Positions 11,450-25,594 are shown, counted from the whole stretch's first letter. The stretch is DNA of 63,000 nt, filler included, from Octopus bimaculoides (GCF_001194135.2; 5 parts of 5 records of this genome joined end to end with filler, not necessarily neighbours in it); one strand, 5' to 3'. Numbers and translations: made by a program. Notes: generated by a model from the sequence alone, not told the origin.

Positions 11450-13354
11450 TAGGAATACTGGAAAAGATCTAAGGGCATCAAGAACCACTTTGTGATAGAC
11501 AAGGTTGTAATGAAGAACTGCAATGGTACTCGGACAAATCTTGCATATGGCCTGGACAGTATTTAGAAATGGCTTGTGACATGTTACTGCATTTATGGAT
11601 TCTGGAAACACTGGACATGTGTGTATAAACTGAGAATTTGCATGCACTAATCAAGAACATCATGTCTAGTTGGAAAATACATCTTTTCTATAACTGCGGT
11701 AACAATCAAAAGAGATATTTTCCTGGGAAATTCTTGTCTACTTTTACTATTTGTTATAGTTTTGATCCCACTTTCAAAGTTGTTCTCCACAAAGTCAACA
11801 CAAATTACAAGCTGACAAAGAATTGACCTCATCTCAACCAGCTTCTTTTCATGGATAATTTAAAACTGTTCACAAAAACAGACTGAAATAGAGAGGCTGG
11901 TTGAGATTGTACAAATGTGCAGCAAGGATATAGGAATGGAATTTGGGATCTCAAAGTGTGCAGCACTCACTTTGAAATGAGGGAAAAAGAGCAGGTTGTA
12001 GAGGCATAGAATTGCCAAACAGAGAACAAATGGGAGACCCAGATGATGATGGGTACACGTACCTTGAGAGCCTGCAGCTAGACAATATCTTGCATAGAAA
12101 AATGAAAGACAAGGTTACTGCTGCATATTTGAAGTGCCTCAAACTTCTCTTGAAATCAAAACTCATGCAAGGAGCTTTGTGACTACCATCAACATATGGG
12201 CTGTTACTGCAGTTTGCTATAGTGCACCCATTCTGAAATGAATATGAGCGGAGATTGACCAACTCGATCACACTATCTGAAAGATGATGACAATGCATGG
12301 TACTCTCCACCATAACATGAATGTACACAGGCTGTACATGAAGAGGGGTAAAGGTGGATGTGACCTGATAAGTGTATGGGAGTGCATAGACAGTGAAAGA
12401 AGAAACATGACAGTATTTTGCAAACTAGACCTGATACAGTATGCTACTAATGCAGAAGGATTTATTAACAAAGGAGTTGAGAGTGCTAATTCATTCCAGT
12501 CATGAAGAGCCAATGAAAGAAGAAACACTACTCTGCAAGGAATTACATGAAACTAACAACTTAAAAGACCAAAATACCAAGAAGTGGCTCAGCAAAGGTG
12601 ACGTTAAGTAAAGGACTGAAAGCTCAGGACCAGGCATTGAATATCAACTCAGTGAAAAGGGATAGATACCACACAGGTGCAATGAACCTCTGCAGAATGT
12701 GTGGGAAGAAGGTCAAAAGCCTGACTCACATCATTAGCACTTGTGAAAGTCTTGTGCAGAAAGAGTACAAGCTCAGATACAAGATAGCCCTAAACCTTCA
12801 CTGACTACTGAGCCAGATGTATGGATTGAGTTAACAGGCACTTGGTACCAATATAGACTGAAAAAAGTAATGGATGGAAATGGGAAGGCAAAGATCTTCT
12901 GGGACTTTGATTTCCAGACAGACAAGGTGTTAGAGCACTAAAGGCCAGATATAGTAGCCTTTAGGAGGGACAAGCAAGAGTACCTAATAATTGATATAGC
13001 AGTGTGAGATCAATATAATGTCATGAAAGAAAAAGAAAAGGTCAACAGATATGGAAACTGGAAAATTGAGATCGCCAAGATGTGGTAGCTATGAGTGTCA
13101 AATATAAAGGCTGTTCCTGTTGTCATTTAAGCATTGGTTTCAATAGCGCCCAACATGAAGAAACATTTGAAAAATTTAGAAATACCCTACTATCTTGGTG
13201 TGTTGCAAACATCAGCTTTACTTGAAACTGCACATACCGTGCAAAGTGCTGTCTATCCTTTGACAGACAGCACAAATCCCTGGTATACGCAATATCTTCA
13301 ATCTACAAAATGACAATATTGGATACTGAGTGACGTCTTCAATAATAATAATAA

Positions 13355-13712
13355 ATGCCCTGAAGCAGTGGCTCACATGGTTTCCAATCTTAACTGATTG
13401 GAAGGGTTAACATGTACATGTTTTGTCTGTGTAAAAAATGGGCTACAGGAAATATTCTGCTCAATACTGCAGATTTGCTTGCCAGTTGCTAGAATAAAAC
13501 CAGTTGAGCATAACCCTTAATGCACCCATGATCATCAACAGGAGTAGTGAAGGAGAATCATAGTCATGTGTTGAGAGGAATTCTCTGGGGTTTGAATAAT
13601 TCACCTGTGGAAACATGGGTGCTTCATTTATCATCCTTAGACAACACTTATTCAGGATAGGTTACTCGACCTGAAGAAAATTCTAACTGGGCTCCCACCT
13701 GCAAGGCTATGC
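13355..13712 (-). mobile_element. SINE, Nin/Deu-domain-like family
   Basis: Minus strand gcaggtgggagcccagttagaattttcttcaggtcgag...gaattcctctcaacacatgactatg...cagttaagattgg resembles a recurrent mollusc SINE body (recognised from memory, not searched). Confidence 0.5.
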
Positions 13713-13870
13713 ACTGTTTATTTTAATATGAGATCACCATGTTGTGCACATATGGTTGTGATGCGTATGCTTGGTGTACTCTTAATAGAAGGGTAGTTAT
13801 GATGGGTATATTGGGATTCATATATTTGTTGCCCAGTGTTACTTTGATTGCATGCATTGCTCTCTCATTC

Positions 13871-13911
<41 letters not shown>

Positions 13912-14085
13912 TAATCCTTTCTACTAAAGGCACAAGGCCTGAAATTCAGTGGGAGGGGACTAGTAAATTACATCGACCCCAGTGTTTCACTGGTACTTAA
14001 TTTATTGATCACGAAAGGATGAAAGGCAAAGTTGATCTTGGCAGAATTTGAACTCAGTGGCTGACAAAATACTGCTAAGTATCTT
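13912..14085 (-). mobile_element. tRNA-derived SINE family A, CpG-decayed copy
   Basis: Same family as 27770-27975 and 44361-44575 (actggtacttaatttatt..gaaaggatgaaaggcaaagt). Its tail is the AAT tract at ~13872-13910. Confidence 0.8.
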
Positions 14086-14329
14086 GCTCCCTTAATAACA
14101 ATACCAAAAATAATGACAAAGGATATCCCACCAACATAGTCAATTACAAGAATGAAAACAAACACGGGCAACAATGGCAACAAAGCCACTGTGACTATAA
14201 GAAATAATCAAAGAGAACAATAGCTTACAACAGTGCTACCACCAACAACAACAATAAAAGCAAATGATAATAATACTGATAACACGCTCTGGATATGGCA
14301 TGAAACTGCATCTGGTTATGGCATTATGA

Positions 14330-16092
14330 TGCGGGAAGAACAAGGTTGCCCTTAACCTCAACTACCTTCAGGTCATTGTTGGGCAAAGTGTAATACCTGT
14401 AAGCCCACCCTGAGACATAGAAATACCAGATTGGCATCTGGTGGGGTTAAACCTGTCTCATGGGAGGAGGGGTCCACTTAACCTTTGTTGGCAACCCCTC
14501 TAGAGAAGGTGACTCAATAAAAACACCGATGGTTGTGCCACCTCAACACCAAAATTTTCAGGAGTAAAAATGTCAAATACAAAGATATAAAACAATGGAT
14601 TGAACAAGACTGGCACTAAAAACAATGTACATGAGGGTAGGTGTGGACTCTTGGAGCCTTGGCTAGCAATTCAACTAGTGATGGTGTCATGATAAAAATG
14701 CTGGTGATTGCACAACCTTACAAATGCTACCTCTAAATGAGTAATGTCAAAATTAAATAATAATCACAACTGTGCTAACAGGACTGGAACTGTTAACAGT
14801 GAAGGAGTCGCATAAGGCAAGCAGGGAGTATATGGTCAAGCTCTGGCAGGTCATCATCAAGCTATTGATCATGAACAAAATTGCAGTCAAAAGTGCAAAA
14901 GAAAAAATGTAAACAAAATAGTAACAAAATGCTGCCCGAGAAGTGAGCCAAATAGAAGAGGCTTCATGAATCAAATGAAGAGAATATGGGATGAAAAAGG
15001 AGGTGTCAAAGCATTTGCTTAGCGACTGATAGACCAAGCAAGAGCAATCCATAGGAATGACTGGATTACGGGAATAGAGGTTGAAGAAATTCAGAGAAAC
15101 ATAATAAAAAAAGAACAGAAGCAGCAGCACAGAAAATCTAAAGACAGTTAAAAAAGAACAGGTGATGAAGCATGTAATGGGAGAAAAGGACAAGAATAAA
15201 ATACAAAGAGAGCATGTAAGAGAGATCGAAGAGAATCCTCTGCATGGCCAATTTTGAGAGCCACTGAAGATGTAAGGTGAACAAATTCCTGGGCTTGGTT
15301 AAAAAAGGGGCAATTAAAAAAAGAAACAGAAGGCCTAATTGTAGCAGCCCAAGATCCGGTGATAAAAACAAACAACTTGAGGAAATATATATAGAGAGAG
15401 AGCATGTGTCAGAAAAATGCAGAGCCTGTGGAACTTGGAATGAGACAGTGGCACATACTGTGGAAGAATGCCCCAAGTTGGCACAGAAAGAATGTAAGAA
15501 ATGGAGGTAGAAACAGGTTATAAAAGTTTTACACTGAAACCTGCGCCAGAAATAGGGATTTGAAGCTGGAAACACATGGTACAATCATCGAGTTGAAAGA
15601 GTACTGGAGAAATGTAATATTTGGTGGGACTTGCCTATTTAAACAGACAAGAAATTAGAAAATAACAGACCAGACATAACGATTGTAGATGAGGAAAAGC
15701 AAAGTTGCTTACTTATTGACCCATCATGCTCATTTGCTTCCAGGATCGTAAAGAAAGATGAAGAAAAACAAAAAAAAATATATATATACAATCCCTTATA
15801 GTTTGAAACAGGAAGAATTTGGAGTAAGCGAACAGTATAGGTTGTGCCTATAATAGTTGGTACGTTGAGAACAATAAGCCGAGATATAGAGAAATGGCTG
15901 AAGAAGATTGAAATAGAATGCCTGGTAGAGCTCCTACAGAAAGCTTGTCTCTTAGGGACAGCAAGGATTATCAGGAGGGCTCTAAGCACTTGAAAGACTG
16001 CTGAAAATTTGTGGATACCTAAGGTTGCAGGTAGTAACCTGCTATCCACGTGGTTCCTACCAGGAAAAAGACTGAACCTGAGCCAAACCAAA
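14330..16092 (+). mobile_element. Internally deleted R4/Dong-like LINE
   Basis: N-terminal RRGFMNQMKRIWDEK joined to NPLHGQF, KKETEGLIVAAQD, CRACG..ETVAH..EECPKLA, NNRPDI and VVPIIVGTLR..LQKACLLGTARII. AAT tail at ~16093. Confidence 0.85.
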
Positions 16093-16129
16093 ATAATAAT
16101 AATAATAAATTAAATTGAAGTGGAGGAAT

Positions 16130-17040
16130 AAGTTCCAAGCAATGAACTTATGGGCAATATCTCCTGAGATATGGAGCAGGAGTGTTACAATGGTGAACAA
16201 AGGAACTACAATTCTTAGATAAGAAAACTACTGACAATACATAATGTGTTCCACCTGAAAAGTGATGCTTACAGGCTACACCTTAGAGAAAGAAAAGAAT
16301 GTAGGGAATGATAAGTTGTGGGGATCATATTCAGATAGAGAAACACAATATTGCTTCATATACAAAGAATACAAAGGAAGCATTACTTGCAGAAATAAAG
16401 AAGGCAGATCTATTACATGTGGAAAACAGTCAGGACAAGAAGATGCAAGGTCAGTGCTTGAGAGAAAGAAATATCAAAATACAAATAAAAGATAGCAGGA
16501 GTTACAAAAAAATGGATGCCTTGATATGTGCAGCATGAGAACAAGCATTAAGAACTAATTATATCAAGCACCTGTAGAATATGTGGCAAAATGGAGAGAC
16601 AGTGTGATATATTTTAAGTGAATACTGTTAAAGCGGCCCAGAGAGAATACAAGAGAAGGCATGACAATGTTGTCAGAGTGGTCCACTATGTAACAAGTTT
16701 GGATTGGAAAGAACAAGAAAATGGTATGGGCATGAGCCAAAGAATGTAGTAGAAAATGAGTTAAGGTCCTTTGGGACTTCCTGATCCAGTGTGATCACAT
16801 TAGAATTCTGATATTGTACTGGTAGACAAGAAAGAAAAGTTACATCTGATAATAGATATTGCTTGCCCTGCTGATAGCAGAATCATCAAAAAGCTGTGGT
16901 CAGTGAAAAGAGTGTATACAGTTTCATTATTGTTGGTGCCTTTAGGTACAGTGAAAAGAGTATCCACAAAATTCTTGAGACTTGAAAAGAAAGTACCACC
17001 TTAATATACAAGAAGTCAACAGCAGGTATAGTAATGAAAC
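16130..17040 (+). mobile_element. R4/Dong-like LINE 3' fragment, heavily decayed
   Basis: AMNLWAIS..RYGAG, LDMCSMRTSIKTNYIK, EYKRRHDNVVRVVH, DILIIDIACP.D-like and IIVGA motifs. Confidence 0.7.
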
Positions 17041-17467
17041 CTCCAGCAACAATAGGAGTATGTTAGATATAAAAATAATAATATTTTGAACCTATGTAAT
17101 ATTTTCTCAATAATGATGGAAACTTGCTGGCTCTCAATCTCTCATCCTAGCTATCCTCCTTCAAAATAATGCTATAAGTTAAAATATTCCAATGTTGTTT
17201 TTCTGTTTTACTGAATTTTATCATCATTACTTGGACTAATGCTTCCAAATGCAGTAATTTAACTATTAAACATTTTTTTTTACTCTTCTTCATCGATGTT
17301 AGAAAGTTGCTTGTATGTCTTATATTTTTGCTCTGTTTTCTTTTTCTCATCATTGTTGGAAACTTACCCACTCAATCCTACCTCCACTACCTATATCGGA
17401 AATATTCCTTTTCTTTCTTGCAAAGGATTTTGTCCAATGCTTTAACAACTCTTCCAGCATGCCACCT

Positions 17468-17558
<91 letters not shown>

Positions 17559-18024
17559 TCACAGACATGACAGAGCTGGGACCTATATACACTGGAAGCT
17601 ATGCCAACATTATGGAATAGCAACAGAAAAAAGATGGTATAAACACACGCCAGAAAAGGTCACAGAAAACGAGAAAGCANNNNNNNNNNTTCTCTAAAAG
17701 AAATGGAAAAACTTTCAAAATACAAAGACCTGGAAATAGAGATAACTCGAATGTGGAATCTAAAAACAGAAACAATTCCTATCATAGTAGGTGCCTTAGG
17801 TATAATAAAAAAATATTCAGACAAATACATAACAAAAACACCAGGACTTACAAATATATATAACATACAGAAAATTGCACTACTGGGTACTGCACACATT
17901 CTACGCAAAACACTTTCAATACAGTAAACATAACAGCACCACAGCAAACCACAGCACATACCCAAGGCGCACAGAGCTGCGCTCGGTAGTGAAGTGAAAG
18001 CACGTTATAAAAATAAAACTACTG
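17559..18024 (+). mobile_element. Young 5'-truncated Dong-like LINE inserted in (AAT)n
   Basis: RHDRAGTYIHWKLC and open MEKLSKYKDLEIEITRMWNLKTETIPIIVGALG..QKIALLGTAHILRKTLSIQ*. AAT tracts on both sides. Contains a 10-N gap. Confidence 0.9.
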
Positions 18025-18059
18025 AATAATAATAATAATAATAATGATTAATAATGATA

Positions 18060-20560
18060 ATAAATAAAAATATGATGGCTAACAGAAAAATGTGAAAAAC
18101 AAACATGAATAAAGGATCAACAAGAATATTAATTTGCATCAGTCATCTTACAGATAAACATAGACCACACCCTTTAGCAGGGAACTGGGTGGAGGTTGAA
18201 AAATCTGAGACTGGAACAAACTCCAGCCCCAGCTTCACAAAGGATCAATGCACCAAGGTCAATTCTGCAATGAGGCCCTCAGCATAATGCACCATTAGTT
18301 CCTCTCCCAAGTGGAAGGCTAAAATGGACTAGGGAAGAGTATGAAGAAGTAATGGAAACAAGATGGCTATAAAGAAACCCTTAACAGAAATACCCCAGTG
18401 CAAGACCAAATTGTGATGCCAGCAAACTCACTAGTGCGAGACGAAGCATCATTAGAAATAAAATGTTGACTGACTTTGAATTAGATACTATCAAAGAAAA
18501 AATGGAAGAATACAGACAACTTGTCAGGAGCCACCAAGAGAATGAAAACCACGACAAGTCAAGACATTATGAAAAAAACACCACAAAAGAGAATATTACT
18601 AATGAAGCAAAAGAGGCTCCAGAAGATGAAAAGAAATGAAATGAAACAAGAAATAGTCAAAGGAACACCAATGAAGGATAAACCTCTAGTTCAAAAAATA
18701 AGAAAAGCATTAATATCATTAACAAGGCTGTTGACAAGATCCAAAAGGACATAGCAAGACCACTGTCCATTATTGAAATAAATGAAGTCATCTATGCATC
18801 TGCAACTATTATAGTAGAACTGATCAAAATAAAACAGAAGCAACATTCTCAGAAAGGCCAGCAAAAGTACAGATGGAAAGACAAAACAGAGAAAGATATC
18901 CAAAAACTTAGGGGATCATTGTCACTAGTTCCAGAAATAGGAAAGGGAATCATTATGAAAAACTGCTAAATGGAATAAATTGAAAAAGTAATACAACATA
19001 AAAAGAAAAGAGAACTTCACAATAGCAAATAAGTCCTGAAAACAACATATATAGGCCAAAACACAAAGGCCTAGGCATATGACCAAAAGAAACAACTTCT
19101 ATAGACACAAGACCTTAAAAGAATGTGAAAAAGAACTGAAGAAAAAGAAAAATTGATGTAAGCCAACCACTAACCATTGGAAAGCTGGCAAACTTCTGAG
19201 GTAACATCTAAGAGAAAAACAAAATCCATAAAGATATAAAATGGATCCAGAAAGAACAAGAGCCTAATACTGAAGTTGAAGACCAAGCCTGAACTGATAT
19301 AACACTAGAAAGAACTACATATGCCATCAATAAAACAAACAACTAGAAAGCAGCAGGGTGTTATGGAATTGCCAACTTTTGAGATTAAGAATCTAGTTAG
19401 CACACACAATGACCTCACATTGACACATAATCACATCCTCTCTCTCTAAGACTGAGGAGACTGCAAAACCTATTCAACTGAATCTTAATTATTTATATAT
19501 ATATATCAAGGATACAAAAAGGGTATTGAAGCTATGGCTGTAAGGATAAATTACTTATCAATTAAACCTCTTGGAAGAAGTGAAGAATGGAAGGAAGAGC
19601 CTCTCCACAACATAGGTAAGTTACAAGAAAGCTTTTGACAGTGTATCCCATACCTGGATTGCAAAGCATGAAAAACCACCTCCCACCTGAGCCATGAAAA
19701 AGGTACACTGACATCATGACCTTATTAAAAGTAGAATATCACAAGGGAACTCGCACTCACCCCTATTATTCTGCATTAGACTTGCTTCCCTTAACATTCA
19801 ACACTTAGCCACAACAGTGGCTATGGTTACCAAGTAGTAATGGGAAAACTGAATCTTTGATTTTATATGATTTCAAAACCTTTGCTAAAAATGATAACCA
19901 ACAAACTGGACTCCTCAATGTAGTAAAGATCTTTAGTGATGACATTGGTATGAAATTTGGTCTAGATAAATGAGCAAATGTCACCGTCAAACATTGAAAA
20001 CTAACCAATACCAGTAATTAAAACTTAATGTCAACACCGTTATAAATGAATTAGAACATGGTGTCAATAAAAGTGATGAAATACAACACACCTTACTGAA
20101 GAAAAAAAAATATTACCAGAGAGTCAGAATGGTACTCAGATCTAAATTGAATGCTGTTAACAAATTTGAAGTCATCAACACATTGGTAGAAAATAAAAAT
20201 GCTATCATACAATGGAATAAGCCTATTCAGACATCATTATGAAGGATAGGAAGGAAAAGAAATACCCAATAATAGATTTTGCAACACCATCAGAGAGAAA
20301 TATATCCACAAAAGTCACCAAAAAAATTATCAAAGTGCAAAGACTGAGCAATGGATGCTGAAGTAATACCTATTATTATTGGTGCTCTAGGGCTCACGGA
20401 AAAAGGACTCAATGAATTCTCAACAAACTGCCTGGTAGCATCAACATTCATGAGTTTCAAAAGATTAGCATCCTGGGAACAGTTTGCATGCTCAGAAAAA
20501 CGCTCTCCATTAACTAGTAATAGCACATCCTTTGGTGCCCTAGGACCACTGATTGGATTT
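18060..20560 (+). mobile_element. Near-full-length decayed R4/Dong-like LINE
   Basis: RRSIIRNKMLTDFELD, AINKTNN*KAAG..GIANF, YKKAFDSVSHTW, AEVIPIIIGALG motifs in order. Confidence 0.85.
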
Positions 20561-20689
20561 TGGCTCTATAAGGAAGAAACAGGAATAGGAATCAGTAAAT
20601 CATCATCATTTAACATCCATTTTCCATGCTGGCATGGGTTGGACAGTTTGACTGAAAACTGATAAGATGGATAAATAATAATAATAATG

Positions 20690-20759
<70 letters not shown>

Positions 20760-20779
20760 CAACAACAACAACAATAAAA

Positions 20780-21000
20780 AAATGAGAAATGTCAGAACTA
20801 AGTTGAAAAGATGAAGAAATTATGATAATTGAAGAATTTGACACAACGCGCAAATTGTTATTTCAAGGACTGACAGATATTAGAACTGAGACTTGCATGG
20901 TAGATCTGCAGGAAAGAGCAATCCTGTATTCTGCGAGAATCCTACAAAAGATTCTTGAGATCTGAGGAGACTTGTCACAAAACTGCTAATACAGCATGGA
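20780..21000 (+). mobile_element. R4-like LINE 3' terminus
   Basis: DLQERAILYSARILQKILEI*GDL, following an (AAT)n/(AAC)n tract at 20676-20775. Confidence 0.6.
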
Positions 21001-21934
21001 AAAAGATTTAGCAAAAGTAATAAAAAATATAAAATATCAAACAAAACAGACAAAAATCCATCTTGAATGCTAATTCCAGTGTACAAGAGTTTTTTAAGAA
21101 TAAAATCAAAAATATATTTTAAAAGAATATTATGAGTTTATTTGTCATACAAAAAGTTATAAACACACTCGTAATATGTTATGGGGAAGGAGGAGTAGAT
21201 TAAAAATAGCCACAAATTTATATCTATGGTTTCAATAAAAAATAATAGAGCCAATAAGCTAATATCAAAACATGAATTATGGAAAATATTTTGAGGAAGT
21301 TAACATATAAAAAGTTTAAGCAGCTTAAGAGAAAGATTCCAATTACCTACAAAGTTTAAGACAGCTCAGTTATCAATAAGAATTCAATGTATAATCATCT
21401 AGGTACAAATATAGCTAAGACACAAGAAATTTGTAATACTAAATTCTACAATGAATGGATAAGGTTACAAAATGCTTTGCATTATATTAATAAAATAAAT
21501 AAATAAATAAAACAACTAGAAAATAGCAAAACTGGTTCAAATCATAATAATCTTAAAATTTAACAATAAAGTAAAATTTCTATTATTGACTTAAACTGAA
21601 TATCATCTAATCTAGTTAATTAAAAACATTAACATTTGTTAAATAAAAGAAGGTTCTATTTCAGTCAGTTGATAAAAACTGGTAGCATCTGGCTAGACAA
21701 TTGCTACAATAATCTATTGTGTTAGTGGCAGATTTTCTTTCACAAACTTTATTTCACATCTAGTTAATTTTTTAGTGATATAGTTTGATAATTTTATATT
21801 AAGAAAACACTCTTTTGGCAGATCTATAAAGGACACACATTATTTGTTACTAGTTTGGTAAAATTTGAATTCAAATATTTAAAAAATTTGTTTTTAGTGA
21901 TTGGTGTACAAGTGAATGGTAAATGGTTGCTTAC

Positions 21935-21937
21935 ATC
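21935..21937 (-). CDS. Candidate 3-nt microexon (GAT)
   Basis: ttgacttgaaatatttgtttcag|GAT|gtaagc on the gene strand. Sequence motif only. Confidence 0.15.
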
Positions 21938-24775
21938 CTGAAACAAATATTTCAAGTCAAAATGAAAGTAAATTCAAAAGATCCCAAAGGAAGTAAACCC
22001 ACATCTATTTTCTAGAACTATGGTATATTCATAAACCATCTGACAATATATGCTATCATTTTAGCATTCACAGTACATTTGAAAATCATTTAAAATCCTA
22101 AACCTATGCATTTCATAGACTTTCATTTTTTACTTGGTCTCTTTTTAATTTATTACTATGAATTTATGATTGCAAATATTTTAGTTATTTTGTTACTGAA
22201 AGTGATTAATTCATTCAAGCCATTTTCTTAGGTACCCAAATTTAAGTGTCATTCTTTAGAAATGTAAACATATGTCATTAAAATCAAAAATAAATTGATC
22301 AATAAAATATATGTTGTATCAGAAATAACACAATCTAAATGAAATTTACACAATCATTGTTAATTTTTCGAGTGATTGTGGTGCACACACCACAACATGA
22401 ACAACAAATACATGCAGAGCAAAATGTGCCAAACTCAATAATACTTCTACTGTAAAGCACATGAATATACATACCAGTAATCCAATGATCTTTTGAGAGA
22501 GAAAAATGAAACAAAAGAAAGATCAATACAAAAAGACAGGAGGCACAAGAAATAAAATAAAGTAACACTACACGGTGGATGGCAATCCACCAAAAATAAA
22601 TGTAAGATATCAATATTCACAAGCAACAATACTTTAACAATGTAAAACATAAAAGGCCACTCATTCTTTCAAACTGTTGGAAAACTATTTCTGCAGTAAC
22701 ACAATTTCAAAAACATCTGATATAATTTTTAGAACTTGCTTGTGCAACAGGTAAAATATTTAAATTATTTTCTTGATAAATTTATTCCTGGAAATTGTTG
22801 ATTCAAAAAAACAAACTACTTATAAAAAGATTATTGGTAATTACCAGAATAAAATAAAATGAATATCCAACAAAACTCGCACCTCACAGAAATAAACAGA
22901 TTAAAGATATAGTTATTTTGAATTGCTAACAGATAGAAATCTATAATAATAAACACAAAATTCTGTCTGTCCAGGACCCTTGTATCTCAGTCTACATTTG
23001 CTCTACATATACCTTTTTGGAATCAGGATGATCCTGAGATTGTAATTCTGCCCTTCATTTGGTTCTTGAACATTCAGCATTGGGATCTGATTTAAAAGCA
23101 CTTGAGTTGCTATTTCTAGCAGGTAAAGCTTGGTTGACTTACGCCATCCTGGTTGGCATTTGTCAGATGACATCAGAGATCAAGGGGGAGATAAATGACA
23201 TTCGCTTTGTTAATTTTACATTGAGATAAGAACTTTGGGACAAATTGACCAACAGTTGGAATTCAATTTGGGATTGGAACATTAAAATTACAAAATTAAT
23301 TCACATTCGTCTTTAACCTCTGGTAAAACACTACTGGGGCATATAGTCATTACAAACGTATTATAGTCATGCTATTTAGCTCGCTTTAGTTTTGGACTGC
23401 AGGCCCAATTAGCAAGAGCTAGCTTAAAGGTCCACATGAAGTGTGGCTTTTAAGATAGTATTCTAATAAAATAGAATTCTCTGTAAGCTAACTAAAAGAA
23501 AGCAAACTGATGCAGCATTTATATAAGAGAAATCAATTTAGTGTGCACAGGATGTCTAAATGGAGAGGGTAAGGCAATTTTCTTTTTAAAAGTCATTTTG
23601 ACATAATATTTTTTGCAAAATTATATAAATTATTTTAACAAAATTTTGGTATAACTAATTGAGAGAAAAAATATCCAAAATAGAATTTTAAAGGACCTAC
23701 CTTATCTAAGTACTTATTATCAGTTCAAAAGTCAGCAAAAAAAAAAAGAGAAAAAAATGGGGGTGGGGTTTATCTCAAAGTAGAAAAAATTAGTTCACAC
23801 ATAATATTAGAAATAAATTATATCATTTGCAGTACTATATATCAGTACTATATATAAATTATATCATTTGCACTTCCAAACCATCTGACTGACCAATCTG
23901 AAGTTTTAATTCATTCTAATAATTATAAAAATATGTTAAATAAGTATTTTAGCAATGTAAAGGATTTGTTGAATTAAACTATTCTAAGTTCTCTGTTAGG
24001 AAAGCTAAGCCCTGTGGTCACTTAGTAACAACAAACAGTAGGAACACTTACAGATTTTGACATCCATCTTCCCTATATGAATAAGATTTTTCTTTGCAAT
24101 ATTAATGTAAGAAATAAATACTGAAGAACAGTTATGAAAAACAAATTCATTTGTTCTTATTTTCTCAAATAATTTTAAAAGAACAACAAATTTCCAAGAG
24201 TAAATAATTTTAAGAATAATCTGCAGAGATAAGTTGCCAACATGAAGTGGGACTGAAAATAATGAGTAAACTATTTTCAGATAATTTCTATACAGTCTTG
24301 CAAATGTGTTTTCAGATAATAGTAATTCTAAAAATATTTTCACATAGAATTCCTGTTCAAAACATATAATTTTGTTGCTTTAGTACTTTACTGTGATAAA
24401 TATAGGAACCCATTTAGAATTTCTAGAAAATATGATTCGATTGTGAAAGAAAATGATAAAATAATTTCTTTTATTTTGCCATCAGGACCACTCCAAAAAC
24501 ATGTGGATATGTACATTCAAAGTTATATTATAAACGAGGGATGGGTCAAAAGATACATTATGGTATATTAAGAGGTGTTAAAATTTTATGTTTTAAATTA
24601 CACAAATAAGTAAATATACATATTTTTTTGTCTCAGCTAAGAATTTATCTTGCAGCTATTCCACTAGAAAGAAGGCATCAATGGCAATCCTTCCTGATAA
24701 AAACTCAAAAGCTAATTTTCTTCCCTCTGCTATAATTCTCTGTTACTTTCATATCTTGGCTCATCAGTTTGATAC

Positions 24776-24812
24776 CTTTGAATTGCATCTTTCTGAAGTA
24801 TCTTTTTTGCAC
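24776..24812 (-). CDS. Candidate 37-nt exon (phase 2 in, phase 0 out: CKKDTSERCNSK)
   Basis: gctgtatttttaacag|GTGCAAAAAA...TTCAAAG|gtatca. Phase-0 exit fits exon 9134-9246. No homology recognised. Confidence 0.25.
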
Positions 24813-25594
24813 CTGTTAAAAATACAGCTATGCCAGTCATTGGGTATAACATTCTTTGTATTATCTGATTAATTATGCCGGTGACGAGCACATTTTTACT
24901 GGATATTTTCAGCATATCAATGACTATACTCAATGTTTCTGCTCAGCCATATGACCATGGTCAAATTGTTAGTCATAATAAATATATTGTAGTTTTGAAA
25001 ATGTTTCAACATTAAGAAACTGAATATTAGTAGTTAGGTTGACAAAACTAAAAGTGATATGTAATCTAATATCTCTTTTGACTTCACTTCTGAAGTTGCA
25101 ATGAAGAAGCTATGGTGAACAATGATCTCCAGAAGTTTGACTATGTGGTTAAGTTTGCTCCCACTGTGCAACACCCTGAGCAAATATCTTCTACTACAGC
25201 TAAAACCAACCCAGGGAAACCAGTTATGTGCATGTGTGTATGAGAGAGAAGGAGAACAGAGAGAGAGAGTGGGGAGTGAGAGAGAAAGAGGAGAGAGATT
25301 GTGTATGTGTGTGTGTTTATAAAACTACACTGAGCTACAAATGGTGGAATCACTATTTGCAGTTCAGTGACAAGCAGTGATTATAACTATTTGTGGTTGG
25401 GCTACAATGAGTGATGTTAGTACACAATTCTAGCCAACAAATCATGTACTTTCAAATTCATCTTAAGTAAAAATCTCTTTCTTCAAAAACAAATAAAGTT
25501 CATATGGCCATAAAAATCCTGCCTCAATTTCCTCCTGTTTCAGTCATGGTAGCATGGAAAAACAGTTACTAACTCTTTACTCTTTATTCTAATA

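Larger units (their letters stand above)
9773..13340 (+). mobile_element. Decayed R4/Dong-clade non-LTR retrotransposon (RT, CCHC finger, restriction-like endonuclease), interrupted by a fold-back element
   Basis: PNWRVAGPDGIQGY, GNYRPIASLN, LLFMDNLKLF, CRMCGKKVKSLTHIISTC, KIFWDFDFQTD..H.RPDI. Bounded by AAT repeats at ~9731-9772 and ~13341. Confidence 0.88.

Noticed and set aside
22335-22613. Cys-rich ORF (FCSACICCSCCGVC)
   Set aside because: Explained by TG-rich composition; no recognisable domain.
23012-23033. 21-nt microexon DHPDSKK (minus strand)
   Set aside because: Donor is plausible but the acceptor lacks a polypyrimidine tract.
23110-23127. Plus-strand ttctag|CAG|gtaaag microexon-like motif
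   Set aside because: Wrong strand for the known gene; shows such motifs arise by chance.
23143-23319. 177-nt exon candidate (ttttaccag...ggc|gtaagt, minus strand)
   Set aside because: Good splice signals but stop codons in all three frames; at most a non-coding or poison exon.
24740-24770. CTGATGA...GAAA on minus strand as a hammerhead
   Set aside because: Stems I and II cannot form.
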